Origin: Gemmatimonadales bacterium
Lineage (GTDB): Bacteria > Gemmatimonadota > Gemmatimonadetes > Gemmatimonadales > GWC2-71-9
Length of the DNA stretch: 64,000 nucleotides
NCBI GenBank assembly: GCA_965249575.1
Contig: OZ252244.1
Location: 3,104,001-3,168,000 of the forward strand
Direction: 5' to 3'
Below, in pieces: positions 28,650 to 37,146 of the stretch (the first letter of the stretch is position 1; each line of letters starts with the position of its first letter). Both the position numbers and the translations under genes were made by a program. A model generated the notes under the pieces. That model was not told where the DNA came from. It saw only the letters and a list, made by a program, of their open reading frames with translations, and made no database searches.

Positions 28650-29375
28650 GTGGGGTTGCACAAGGGCGTCCGGCGGGCCGCGATTGCCTGTGCGCTGGGC
28701 CTGTGGATCCCGTTTTCCGCGGGTTGGGCGCAACGCCAATCGACCGCACAAATCGTTGGGGTATCGGATGTTGCGGCTGTGGTGGGTGGTGCCGCGCTGT
28801 TTGCGGCGCCCCATCTGTTGCACGTGAACGCCGGTCCCCCGGAGTGCGCACCCTGCGACCCCGCCAACGTGCCCTGGTTCGACCGTTGGGTCATCGCAAC
28901 CCCCCGCCCGGGCTGGGACGCGGCGAGTGATATCGCGGTCCTCGGAATCGCAGGGGGGGGCTGGGCGGATCTCGCGCACCGGGGGGACGACGGGGCGGCT
29001 GGAGTGGCCGCGTCCATTGCGTCTGTCGCTTTGGCTGTCGGAGTTACGGAGCTCGCCAAGGCAGTGGCCGGCCGCAGCCGGCCGGTGTTGTACACCGCTG
29101 GCGCACCGGAAGCCGCCCGGCACCTCGACAGTCGGCGCTCGTGGCCGTCCGGGCACACCGCTGCGGCGTTTGCCCTGGCAACCAGCCTCTGGCTCAGCCG
29201 CCGCCGCCTCGGTGACGAGGGACCGCCGGTGTGGGCGGCCTGGGCTGCGCTCGGCGCCGCCACCGGCGTGGCGGTGTTTCGGGTTGCCGCCGCCAAGCAC
29301 TTCCCTTCCGACGTTCTGGCCGGCCTGATCGTCGGAGTCGGGACGGCCGCGATCAACCACGAGATAAAGTTCTAG
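28650..29375 (+). CDS. PAP2-family lipid phosphate phosphatase
   Basis: C1 KAVAGRSRP, C2 WPSGH, C3 RVAAAKHFPSDV; start codon uncertain. Confidence 0.85.
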   Translation: MGLHKGVRRAAIACALGLWIPFSAGWAQRQSTAQIVGVSDVAAVVGGAALFAAPHLLHVNAGPPECAPCDPANVPWFDRWVIATPRPGWDAASDIAVLGIAGGGWADLAHRGDDGAAGVAASIASVALAVGVTELAKAVAGRSRPVLYTAGAPEAARHLDSRRSWPSGHTAAAFALATSLWLSRRRLGDEGPPVWAAWAALGAATGVAVFRVAAAKHFPSDVLAGLIVGVGTAAINHEIKF

Positions 29376-29573
29376 CGGCGCTCGTTGGACGAGAGGCTAC
29401 CGCTTCGCGCCGAGCGCGAGTAGGCTGATGGGAGCTCCGACCAGCCTGCCTCGGGAGCCGGCGAGTCCCTGGTGCGTGTGAGGGGCAACACGGACTTGAA
29501 AGAGAAGGGAACTAACTTTGGGCGGGCGCATACGTGCCGATGCTTCCAACCGTGCCGAGCCGGGGGACCCGAA

Positions 29574-31673
29574 ATGAACCGTTTATTGCTGCGATGGATG
29601 TTGCTCGGCGCTGTACTGGTGCCGTGTGCGACCCCCGCGCTTGCTCAACAGCGCAAGCTCGAACAACTGTATACTGCCGACGGCATAAGGCTCGAGTTTC
29701 CGGCCGATGGCGTGTGGCGGAGGAGAGGCCGCCGCGTCGCTGCCTACCGGCAGGTGCTCCGGGCGGCCGGGCGGTTCGATGCGCTCAACGCACCGGTCAT
29801 TGCCGGCGCGCCGCTCGCGGGGCCCGTCTCGATGTCCGGCACGTTGCAGATGCCGAGCGTGCTGCTCGCGTTCAGCGACGCCGACACGACGACGCTCTCG
29901 AAGGCGGCGTCCTACGATTCTCTCTTCTACACGACACAGCCTCTCTCGGGCCGGCCCTACACTGTCCGTACGTTCTATGAGGAGGTCTCCGACGGCCTGT
30001 TCAGCGTGAACGGCAACACGTACGGCTGGGTGCCGGTCGATAGCGCAAGCGGCCCGCTGGTGAACGCCTGCGGTATGGGTAAAGATCCGATCGGGTGCAC
30101 GCCAGGTCGACAACTTCTGCATGAGGCGCTGACCCAGGCCCTATCCGCGATTGACGCCTCGGTCGATTTCAGCGCATACGACAACGACGGCATGGACGAC
30201 AACCCCAACAGCGGGGACGACGACGGGGTCGTGGACATCGTCCAGTTCCTTCAGCCGCTCGTCGGCCGCGAGTGCAGCGGGACGGGGTATGGCGCGCATC
30301 GGTTTTCGCTCACGCGCCTCGATTTCTCGGCGGGGGCCTACATCACCGACGACGTGGCGAACGGCGGCGGCATGATCACGGTGAACGCGTACTACATCAC
30401 CTCCGGCGTGGGTGGCTCGAGTTGCAGCAACGCCGCGCAGATCATGCCGATTGGTACCTCGACCCACGAGTTGGGGCACGCGTTCGACCTGCCCGACTTG
30501 TACGACACGAATCCTAACGACAGCGACAACAGCGAGGGGATTGGGGAGTGGGGGCTCATGGGATCGGGCAACTTCACCAGCCTCAACAGCCCGGCCCACC
30601 TAAGCGCTTGGTCGAAAGAGCAGCTGGGCTGGGTGGCGGTGCGGGAGCTTACGGCTGGCGGGAACTATTCGTTCGGGCCGGTAGTCACCTCCGATACGGT
30701 GTTCATGGTCCGGCCCCTCGAGCAGAGCGCGCTGGCCCGGGGGGAGTATTACCTGCTCGAGAACAAGCAGTCCGTTGGCGCCGACGCGGCCAACATGACG
30801 AGCGGCGGGAACGCGGGGCCCAAGCTCGGCGGGCTCGTCGTCTTACACATCGATTCGACGAAGATCGTAAACAACACGTTGCCGTTCGCGGCGTTGAACT
30901 CGGTCAACACCGGCGCGATCCATGGCGTGGCCGTTTTACAGGCCGACGGCCTCGGGGAGCTGGACAACTCCACCGACCGTGGTGACGCCGGCGATCCCTT
31001 TCCGGGCACGTCGGTCAACACGAACATCTCGTTCAACACCAATCCTGCGCTGGCGAACAACAGTAACGCGAGCTCGGCGGGATTCGAGATCGGGTCCATT
31101 ACGCAAGTCGTGCCGGGAGGGGCGATGTCGTTCAACCTCACATTCGCGCCGGCCCTCGCCGCGACGCCCGCGACGCCCCCGGATCCGGTCATGGGCGCGG
31201 TGTACAGTTTTACGCTCGCGGCGACCGGCGGGACGGGATCCTATTCGTGGGCCGTCACGAGCGGCGCGCTCCCACCTGGGCTCACGCTTGCGGCAAATGG
31301 CAACATTACTGGGCCGGCGAGCGACACGGGGAGCTTCATGGCCGATGTGACCGTGACGTCGGGCGCGCAGACCGACGTGCTCAGCCTCCAGTTCACCGTC
31401 ACCGAGCCACAGCTTGCGACCGGCAACGTCTTGAACCACATCCTCGGGATGGCCTCGGTGCTGTCGGTCGACGAGCTCAACTACTTGGACTTAGTCGGTA
31501 ACCAGAACGCCGGATTCGATGTCGGCGATTTTCTCGCCTGGGTCGATCGGACGGGCGCGACACCCACGGCGTCCGCCGTGGCGTCGGTCGTGTCCGAGGC
31601 CGCATCGCCTCAAGCGGCAGGCGAGTCCACCACCGATGAAGGCGTCGAAGGAGAGGGGAGGTTAGAGCCATGA
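29574..31673 (+). CDS. Secreted M6 (immune inhibitor A) family metalloprotease with Ig-like domain and dockerin-like C-terminus
   Basis: Signal peptide; VDFSAYDNDG; HELGHAFDLPDLYD; WGLMGSG; YYLLEN; He_PIG-like LAATGGTGSYSW..GALPPGLTL. Confidence 0.88.
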   Translation: MNRLLLRWMLLGAVLVPCATPALAQQRKLEQLYTADGIRLEFPADGVWRRRGRRVAAYRQVLRAAGRFDALNAPVIAGAPLAGPVSMSGTLQMPSVLLAFSDADTTTLSKAASYDSLFYTTQPLSGRPYTVRTFYEEVSDGLFSVNGNTYGWVPVDSASGPLVNACGMGKDPIGCTPGRQLLHEALTQALSAIDASVDFSAYDNDGMDDNPNSGDDDGVVDIVQFLQPLVGRECSGTGYGAHRFSLTRLDFSAGAYITDDVANGGGMITVNAYYITSGVGGSSCSNAAQIMPIGTSTHELGHAFDLPDLYDTNPNDSDNSEGIGEWGLMGSGNFTSLNSPAHLSAWSKEQLGWVAVRELTAGGNYSFGPVVTSDTVFMVRPLEQSALARGEYYLLENKQSVGADAANMTSGGNAGPKLGGLVVLHIDSTKIVNNTLPFAALNSVNTGAIHGVAVLQADGLGELDNSTDRGDAGDPFPGTSVNTNISFNTNPALANNSNASSAGFEIGSITQVVPGGAMSFNLTFAPALAATPATPPDPVMGAVYSFTLAATGGTGSYSWAVTSGALPPGLTLAANGNITGPASDTGSFMADVTVTSGAQTDVLSLQFTVTEPQLATGNVLNHILGMASVLSVDELNYLDLVGNQNAGFDVGDFLAWVDRTGATPTASAVASVVSEAASPQAAGESTTDEGVEGEGRLEP

Positions 31674-32092
31674 GGCCCGGTGTTCGGACATGGCTGGTGA
31701 TGGTTCCGATGGTCGCGCTCTTTGGGTGCAAGGTGAGCGAGGTTCTGGGCGGTGGTGGTGGGGGGGGCGGACCAGTAGCTGGAGAGCTGACGTTCAACCT
31801 GACTACGCCCCACGTGGACGATGGGGCCGTTCGCTTCACCGTAACGGCCACGGGTTCCAACTCGCTCACAAGCGTGAGCGCGGCTTGCGCTTCGTGCCAG
31901 CTGTTTTGGCGAAGTGCGAGCGGCACGGAGTATCGCGGGGTTGTCACCGGCACGCTCGGTGCCGGTCCACTGGTGCGCGTTGGCGTTTCGGATACTGGAT
32001 CGCCCGGCGACTACTCGATCCAGGTCAACGCTGCGGCGAGTACGACCTTCGTGATCCGTTCGACCGGCGGTTACGGTTTGGCGCCCGCCTAA
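31670..32092 (+). CDS. Small beta-rich lipoprotein coupled to the M6 protease
   Basis: Lipobox LFGC, poly-Gly linker, ATGA overlap with protease stop. Confidence 0.7.
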   Translation: MRPGVRTWLVMVPMVALFGCKVSEVLGGGGGGGGPVAGELTFNLTTPHVDDGAVRFTVTATGSNSLTSVSAACASCQLFWRSASGTEYRGVVTGTLGAGPLVRVGVSDTGSPGDYSIQVNAAASTTFVIRSTGGYGLAPA

Positions 32093-32144
32093 ACAGGACA
32101 ACGAGCCGGAACCGCTGGGGCGCCTCGCGGTGCGGCGTCCCCGC

Positions 32145-32699
32145 TCAGCGTTCGCGCACCAGGAACCACTTCCCGGTTCCCGCAAGCTGGTTTTCTCCCG
32201 CCCACTCGTATTCGGTCACGAACACCGTGTCCCCCGACAGCTTCCCGACGATCCGGCCACCCTGGCCGGGCTGTTGCCGCGCGCGGATGGGGAACCGAGC
32301 GACGCCCTGACTCGAGATCTCTCCCCATTGGGGCTCGTAGCGCGCGGGGTCAATCCCGACATCGCCCATCATGAGGAACATCACGCCGGCCCGGAACCTG
32401 GCACCGGATACGGAGTCGACCACCAGTTGAAGGCGGGTGCCCCCTGGAGTAGGGGAGTGCGCCAGGTCCCAGCGGCCCGCTAGGGGACCTGCGTCGCCCG
32501 GCGCGGCCATGCCTGCAGCCGCCGGTGGGGCTGGTGGTGTTTGCAGGGTCCCGGTTGGCTGCGCGGCGTCGCCGGGCGTCACGGCGGGCGGGGTGGCTTC
32601 CCCGGCCTGGCCGTCTTTCCTTTCGCCGGTGTTCTGTCCCTCTTTCGCACAACCCGCTCCCACGACCACCATCAGCACCGCCGTTCGCAGCCAACTCAT
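32145..32699 (-). CDS. Hypothetical lipoprotein
   Basis: GAGG RBS, MSWLRTAVLMVVVGAGC lipobox, Pro/Ala linker, beta-rich C-terminal domain. Confidence 0.65.
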   Translation of the reverse strand: MSWLRTAVLMVVVGAGCAKEGQNTGERKDGQAGEATPPAVTPGDAAQPTGTLQTPPAPPAAAGMAAPGDAGPLAGRWDLAHSPTPGGTRLQLVVDSVSGARFRAGVMFLMMGDVGIDPARYEPQWGEISSQGVARFPIRARQQPGQGGRIVGKLSGDTVFVTEYEWAGENQLAGTGKWFLVRER

Positions 32700-32821
32700 C
32701 GTCGCCTCATGAGGTTTGGGAAAATCGCCCCGTTTCGGACGCAACGTCGCCAAGGCTGTCCCCCGGTCCACCCGCGGAGTTAGTTTTGTGGCGGGCCAAG
32801 TACAAGCAGGGCCCTGACTTC

Positions 32822-32894
32822 GGGGCGGTAGCTCAGCTGGGAGAGCACCTGGTTTGCATTCAGGGGGTCGAGGGTTCGAATCCCTTCCGCTCCA
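32822..32894 (+). tRNA. tRNA-Ala(TGC)
   Basis: Cloverleaf: acceptor GGGGCGG/CCGCTCC with G3:U70, D-arm GCTC/GAGC, anticodon loop TTTGCAT, T-loop TTCGAAT; CCA not encoded. Confidence 0.96.
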
Positions 32895-33103
32895 TTGGCA
32901 GAACCGACTACCACGGCCTCCGCCTTGGGCCCGGCCAGCCGGCCCAGCACGCGGTACATAGTAGTGGCGGGGGCGTCTCGGTGACAGGCCTTTTTCTGCG
33001 TCCGGAGTCTCATGCCCGCCACCTTGCTCGCATCGCCGACGTGCCGGTCGGACGCTTCATCGACTGTCGTCGCAGGGTCGCGCCGACCGCATCCTGATTG
33101 CGC

Positions 33104-33284
33104 CGGAGGGGGAGCCGCAGGAGTTCGGTCAGGAGGCGTTGAGCCTTACCTTCGATATGATCGTTCCCCCTGGTGTAACAGGCGGTACCCACTTCGTTAC
33201 CGTACACTCCGGAGACCCGGCCACTAGCCCACCACTTGTAACGAGATCAGTTCGACGTGACATAGCCGCGCTTCACACCCACCG
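33104..33284 (+). ncRNA. Structured ncRNA candidate, 6S RNA-like
   Basis: ~181-nt rod by manual pairing: CGGAGGG/CCCACCG, GGAGC/GCTTC, CGGT/GCCG, GCGTTGAGC/GTTCGACGT, central unpaired CTTACCTTCGATA, inner TGATCGTT/AACGAGATCA and CTGGTG/CACTAG; G-U pairs favour + strand. Confidence 0.45.
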
Positions 33285-33327
33285 AGAAAGACAGCCCCGA
33301 GCGCTTTGCGGCGCCGCAGGGCTGTTT
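33285..33327 (-). terminator. Intrinsic terminator downstream of sodA (possibly bidirectional)
   Basis: ACAGCCC...GGGCTGT stem followed by CTTTCT on the - strand and TTT on the + strand. Confidence 0.6.
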
Positions 33328-33434
33328 GACTAGCGGTTTCGCGACTAGAGCCACGTCGCTCAGCTGGCCTTTCAGTAAGGTGACGTGGAGTGACTACTCC
33401 TCAATCGTGCGATTCGCCAACCTCCACTCGCCGC

Positions 33435-34034
33435 TCATTTGAATCGCTTCTCCACCTCCGCCCAGTTCACCACGTTCCACCACGCCTTGATGTAGTCCGG
33501 CCGCCGGTTCTGGTACTTCAGGTAGTAGGCGTGTTCCCAGACATCGAGTCCGAGGATCGGCGTCCGGCCCTCCATGATGGGCGTATCCTGATTCGGCGTG
33601 CTTTCGATTGACAGCTTGCCAGCGTTCGCGATGAGCCACGCCCAGCCCGAGCCGAACCGCGTCGCCCCGGCGTTGGCGAGCTGCTCCTTGAACGCCCCGA
33701 AGTCGCCGAAGGCAGCTTTGATCGCAGCGGCGAGCTTGCCGCCCGGCTCTCCGCCGCCGCTTGGGCTCATGACCTGCCAGAACAACGTGTGGTTCGAGTG
33801 ACCGCCCCCGTTGTTCCGCACAGCCGACCGGATGTCCTCGGGAACGCCATTCAGGTTGCCGAGAATGTCCCCAAGATCTCTTGTGTGCAGATCTGGATGT
33901 TTGTCCAGGGCCGCGTTGAGCTTGTCCACGTACGCCTTGTGATGTTTGCTGTGATGGATCTGCATAGTCTGTGCGTCGATATGGGGCTCCAAGGCGTCAG
34001 CCGCGTACGGCAGGGCGGGAAGTGTATGGGGCAT
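33435..34034 (-). CDS. sodA: Superoxide dismutase (Mn-type signature)
   Basis: [41 protein letters not shown]. Confidence 0.96.
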   Translation of the reverse strand: MPHTLPALPYAADALEPHIDAQTMQIHHSKHHKAYVDKLNAALDKHPDLHTRDLGDILGNLNGVPEDIRSAVRNNGGGHSNHTLFWQVMSPSGGGEPGGKLAAAIKAAFGDFGAFKEQLANAGATRFGSGWAWLIANAGKLSIESTPNQDTPIMEGRTPILGLDVWEHAYYLKYQNRRPDYIKAWWNVVNWAEVEKRFK

Positions 34035-34276
34035 CGAAGTCGCTCCTTTCACTGATGAAATCGCCGGCTCCGCTTCTCGCCCGGCGCGCGCCTGATGTGA
34101 GGCGGGATGCCCTACGCTGGGAACCGAAGGCTGGTAAGTTTCTAGGTGCGGCCTCGTAATTAGACATGGGATGTGGGGTCGCACAAGGTTGCTGCAATCG
34201 ATCATGGTCCGACACTCAGGGCTCTGCGGCCGGTTTGGAAGTCCGCGGGCTGCGTAACGCAAGGAGGATCCGCGCG

Positions 34277-34754
34277 ATGGACGCTCCGCCCACCTCGGGT
34301 CCTAGAGTCGGACAGCCGGCCCCCGATTTTACGCTGGCGGCCACGGCGGGTGGGGAGGTGACCCTGTCGGCGTTTCGCGGCCGATCTCGCGTCGTCTTGG
34401 CGTTCTTTCCCCTGGCTTTTACGGGGACGTGTACGGCGGAGTTGACCGATTTCTCTCACGACTTCCGTCGGTTCGAGGGCCTGGACGCAAAGGTCTTCGG
34501 AATTAGCGTCGATTCCATTCCGACGCTCAAGGCGTTTCGAACAACACATGGCATCACGGTCGATCTGTTGAGTGATTTTAAGCGCGACGTTTGCCGGCTC
34601 TACGGCACGCTCCTGGAGGACGAGTTCTTTGCCAGCCGTTCGTATTTCCTGGTGGATAGAGTAGGGAGTGCTCCGGTGGTCTCATACCGAAGCGGACCTG
34701 GGCGACAAGCGTGAGAACGAAGAGCTCTTGGAGCGTCTGGCGGCGCTGGCGTGA
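34277..34754 (+). CDS. Peroxiredoxin, AhpE/BCP-like 1-Cys (one-base insertion at ~34662)
   Basis: [19 protein letters not shown] (PxxxTxxC), GISVD, LLSDF; removing one base restores [16 protein letters not shown]...LAALA*. Confidence 0.87.
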
Positions 34755-34876
34755 GCACCCCAAGCCGCACCGTTCCGGCAGCCCGTGGGTGATCGCCCGC
34801 TCGCGAGCGGGGTAACTCCCCCCGTCCCCGCGTCCTACGGGTTGTCGCCGGTTCTCGCCAGTCCTACGTTGGAGGC

Positions 34877-36481
34877 ATGGCCAAGCCCCTGAAATCGGCC
34901 TCACGCAAGCCGGCCGCCGCCGAGACGGAGCATCCCGGCCTCAAGGTCATCGGCGATGTGGCCTCTTACCTCGCCGCTGGGATTGGGTCGGACGAGGTAC
35001 TGGCTGGCGTGGCCGGCGCGCTCAGGCGCGGTCTGACGGCCGACCCGTGTCGCATCTGGGTACGGACCGCCGACGGCTCGAGCTTTCGCCCGTTCGTGGC
35101 GGCAGGAGACGCTCAGCCCGGTGACGAGTACGTGCGTTTGGTAGAGGCGTGGGTCCCCGAACACAGCCGAGTCGAGCCCAAGGACGGACGCATTCAGCTT
35201 CGGTTTCCCCTCGTGCACGAGGGCGAGCGGCTGGGCCTGCTCGAAGCGGTGGTGCCGAGCGGGGACGGGGCCTCCATAGCGCAGGAGATCGTCAGCGTCG
35301 TCGCGAACATCCTCTCGCCGCTCCTTTGGTCGATCGAGCTCTCGGAAGACCTGGCGAGCGAAGTCGCGCTCCGGACCCGTGAGATCGACGCCCAGCGCCG
35401 CTTTACGACCAAGATCATCGATTCGCTTCCCGTCGGCCTCTATGTGATCAACCAGCAGTTCACCATCCAGGCTTGGAACCGGAAGCGCGAGTCCGGTACG
35501 ACCGAGATGACGCGGGGTGAAACCATCGGTCGGAGCGTCTTCGACGTGTTCGATCGGCAACCGCGCGAGCTGTTGCAGAGGGAGTTCGACGCGGTGTTCG
35601 CCACCGGCCGCATGGAACAGGTAGAGGTGGAGTCCAGCGCCCGCGGAGAGCCCCGGCACTACCGCATCACGAAGATCCCCATGCGGCTCGATGATGACGA
35701 CGTAACGCATGTCATCGCGATCGGTGAGGACATCACGGATTGGAAGAACATTCAGCGACAGATCGCGCAAACCGAGAAACTCGCCGCGGTGGGACAACTG
35801 GCAGCCGGGGTGATGCACGAGATCAACAACCCGCTCGCCACGATTGGCGCGTGTGTGGAGGCCCTCACCCTCCGGCGGGACGAGCTCGCGCCCGAAACCC
35901 GGGGTGCCTTCGACGAACACCTTGGCATCATCGATTCGGAGCTCGAGCGATGCAAAGAGATCGTCGACGGCCTCCTGGATTTCTCGAGGCCAAAGGCCCG
36001 GCTCAAGAAACCGGTGAACCTGAATCAGCTGGTGGAAGACGCGTTGTTTCTGGTGAAGCACCACGACCGCATTAAGCGCATTCAGCTGGAGCGGCGTCTT
36101 GCCGCCGACTTACCGGAGATCGAGGCGAACGCAAAGCAGCTCCTGCAGGTGTTCCTCGACCTCATGCTCAACGCGATCGACTCCATGGAGGACGATGGCG
36201 TGCTCACGGTGGCCACTGCGATCAACCCGGAGCGAGCGGATGAGGTGTGCATCGAGATCCAGGACACGGGGGCGGGCATCGCGCGGGAGGACATCCCAAA
36301 GATCTTCGAGCCGTTCTTCACGACGAAGCCGCCGGGCCGCGGGACGGGGCTCGGGCTTTCGATCACCTATGGGATCGTGGCCGAGCACCGCGGGCGCATC
36401 CATGTCGATTCGGTGCCGGGTCGAGGGTCGATCTTTCAGGTCTATCTCCCGATGCAGGGCCGGTCGGAGGAGGGGGCGTGA
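34877..36481 (+). CDS. Cytoplasmic GAF-like/PAS sensor histidine kinase (NtrB-type)
   Basis: GQLAAGVMHEINNPL H-box, QVFLDLMLNA, DTGAGI, FEPFFTTK, GTGLGL. Confidence 0.92.
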   Translation: MAKPLKSASRKPAAAETEHPGLKVIGDVASYLAAGIGSDEVLAGVAGALRRGLTADPCRIWVRTADGSSFRPFVAAGDAQPGDEYVRLVEAWVPEHSRVEPKDGRIQLRFPLVHEGERLGLLEAVVPSGDGASIAQEIVSVVANILSPLLWSIELSEDLASEVALRTREIDAQRRFTTKIIDSLPVGLYVINQQFTIQAWNRKRESGTTEMTRGETIGRSVFDVFDRQPRELLQREFDAVFATGRMEQVEVESSARGEPRHYRITKIPMRLDDDDVTHVIAIGEDITDWKNIQRQIAQTEKLAAVGQLAAGVMHEINNPLATIGACVEALTLRRDELAPETRGAFDEHLGIIDSELERCKEIVDGLLDFSRPKARLKKPVNLNQLVEDALFLVKHHDRIKRIQLERRLAADLPEIEANAKQLLQVFLDLMLNAIDSMEDDGVLTVATAINPERADEVCIEIQDTGAGIAREDIPKIFEPFFTTKPPGRGTGLGLSITYGIVAEHRGRIHVDSVPGRGSIFQVYLPMQGRSEEGA

Positions 36482-37146
36482 AGGTGTTGGTGATCGAGGA
36501 CGACCGGACCGTTGGGCAGTTCGTCAAGCGTGGCTTGGAGGAGCAGGGCTCGCAGGTCGATCTGGTCGCTGATGGGGTCGAAGGGCTCCAACTAGGATCG
36601 GAGGGCCGATACGACGTGATCGTGCTCGACCTGCGGCTGCCGGGAATGTTGGGTGTGGAGGTCCTGCGAACGCTGCGGGATCGCGAGGTGTCAACGCCGG
36701 TGCTCGTCCTCACGGCCCAGGACGCCGTGGAGTCGAAGGTGCAGGCGTTGCGGGCGGGAGCCGACGACTACGTGACCAAGCCGTTTGCATTCGAGGAACT
36801 GCTGGCGCGAGTCGAGGCGATCGGCCGTCGGCCCCAGGCCATCGCGCCACCGGTCTTGACGGTTGGCGATCTCGAAATCGACACGGGGAGCCGGGAAGTG
36901 CGGCGTGGGAACACCCTGGTCGAGCTCACGCCCAAGGAATACGCGGTGCTGGAGTACCTGGCCCGGAACCGGGGCCGGGTCATGCCACGGACGCTCATCA
37001 CGGAGTATGCTTGGGACTATCACTTCGACCCGGGCACGAACATCGTGGACGTGGTGATCAACCGGCTCCGGAAGAAAGTCGATCAGGGGCGCAAGCCGAA
37101 GCTGATTCACACCGTCCGCGGTGTGGGATACGTCCTGAGAGGGTAG
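36478..37146 (+). CDS. OmpR-family response regulator (CusR/CzcR-like)
   Basis: LVIEDD, LDLRLPG, DYVTKPF, LTPKEY, NIVDVVINRLRKK, TVRGVGY; GTGA overlap. Confidence 0.93.
   Translation: MKVLVIEDDRTVGQFVKRGLEEQGSQVDLVADGVEGLQLGSEGRYDVIVLDLRLPGMLGVEVLRTLRDREVSTPVLVLTAQDAVESKVQALRAGADDYVTKPFAFEELLARVEAIGRRPQAIAPPVLTVGDLEIDTGSREVRRGNTLVELTPKEYAVLEYLARNRGRVMPRTLITEYAWDYHFDPGTNIVDVVINRLRKKVDQGRKPKLIHTVRGVGYVLRG

Noticed and set aside
28953..31767. G8 tracts (28953-28960 and 31760-31767) as phase-variation switches
   Set aside because: Both are in frame within Gly codons in a high-GC genome and are short; no supporting evidence
33160..33225. Cobalamin riboswitch or T-box suggested by GGAGACCCGGCC and TGGGTACCGC
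   Set aside because: Core elements (GGGAA, CCCCCGC..CTGT, GCCACTG; exact UGGNACC) are missing and no suitable gene lies downstream
33012..33227. 71-aa ORF with a GGAG RBS
   Set aside because: No recognisable motif, atypical composition, and it overlaps the structured RNA candidate
33351..33388. CCACGTCGC...GTGACGTGG hairpin as a REP element
   Set aside because: No second copy noticed in the window; more simply a 3' UTR structure of sodA
32969..33430. tmRNA suggested by a GGGGGCG start and a CCTCCAC near the end
   Set aside because: No TTCGAC D-loop element, no T-arm, the acceptor ends do not pair, and no tag ORF ending in Ala-Ala
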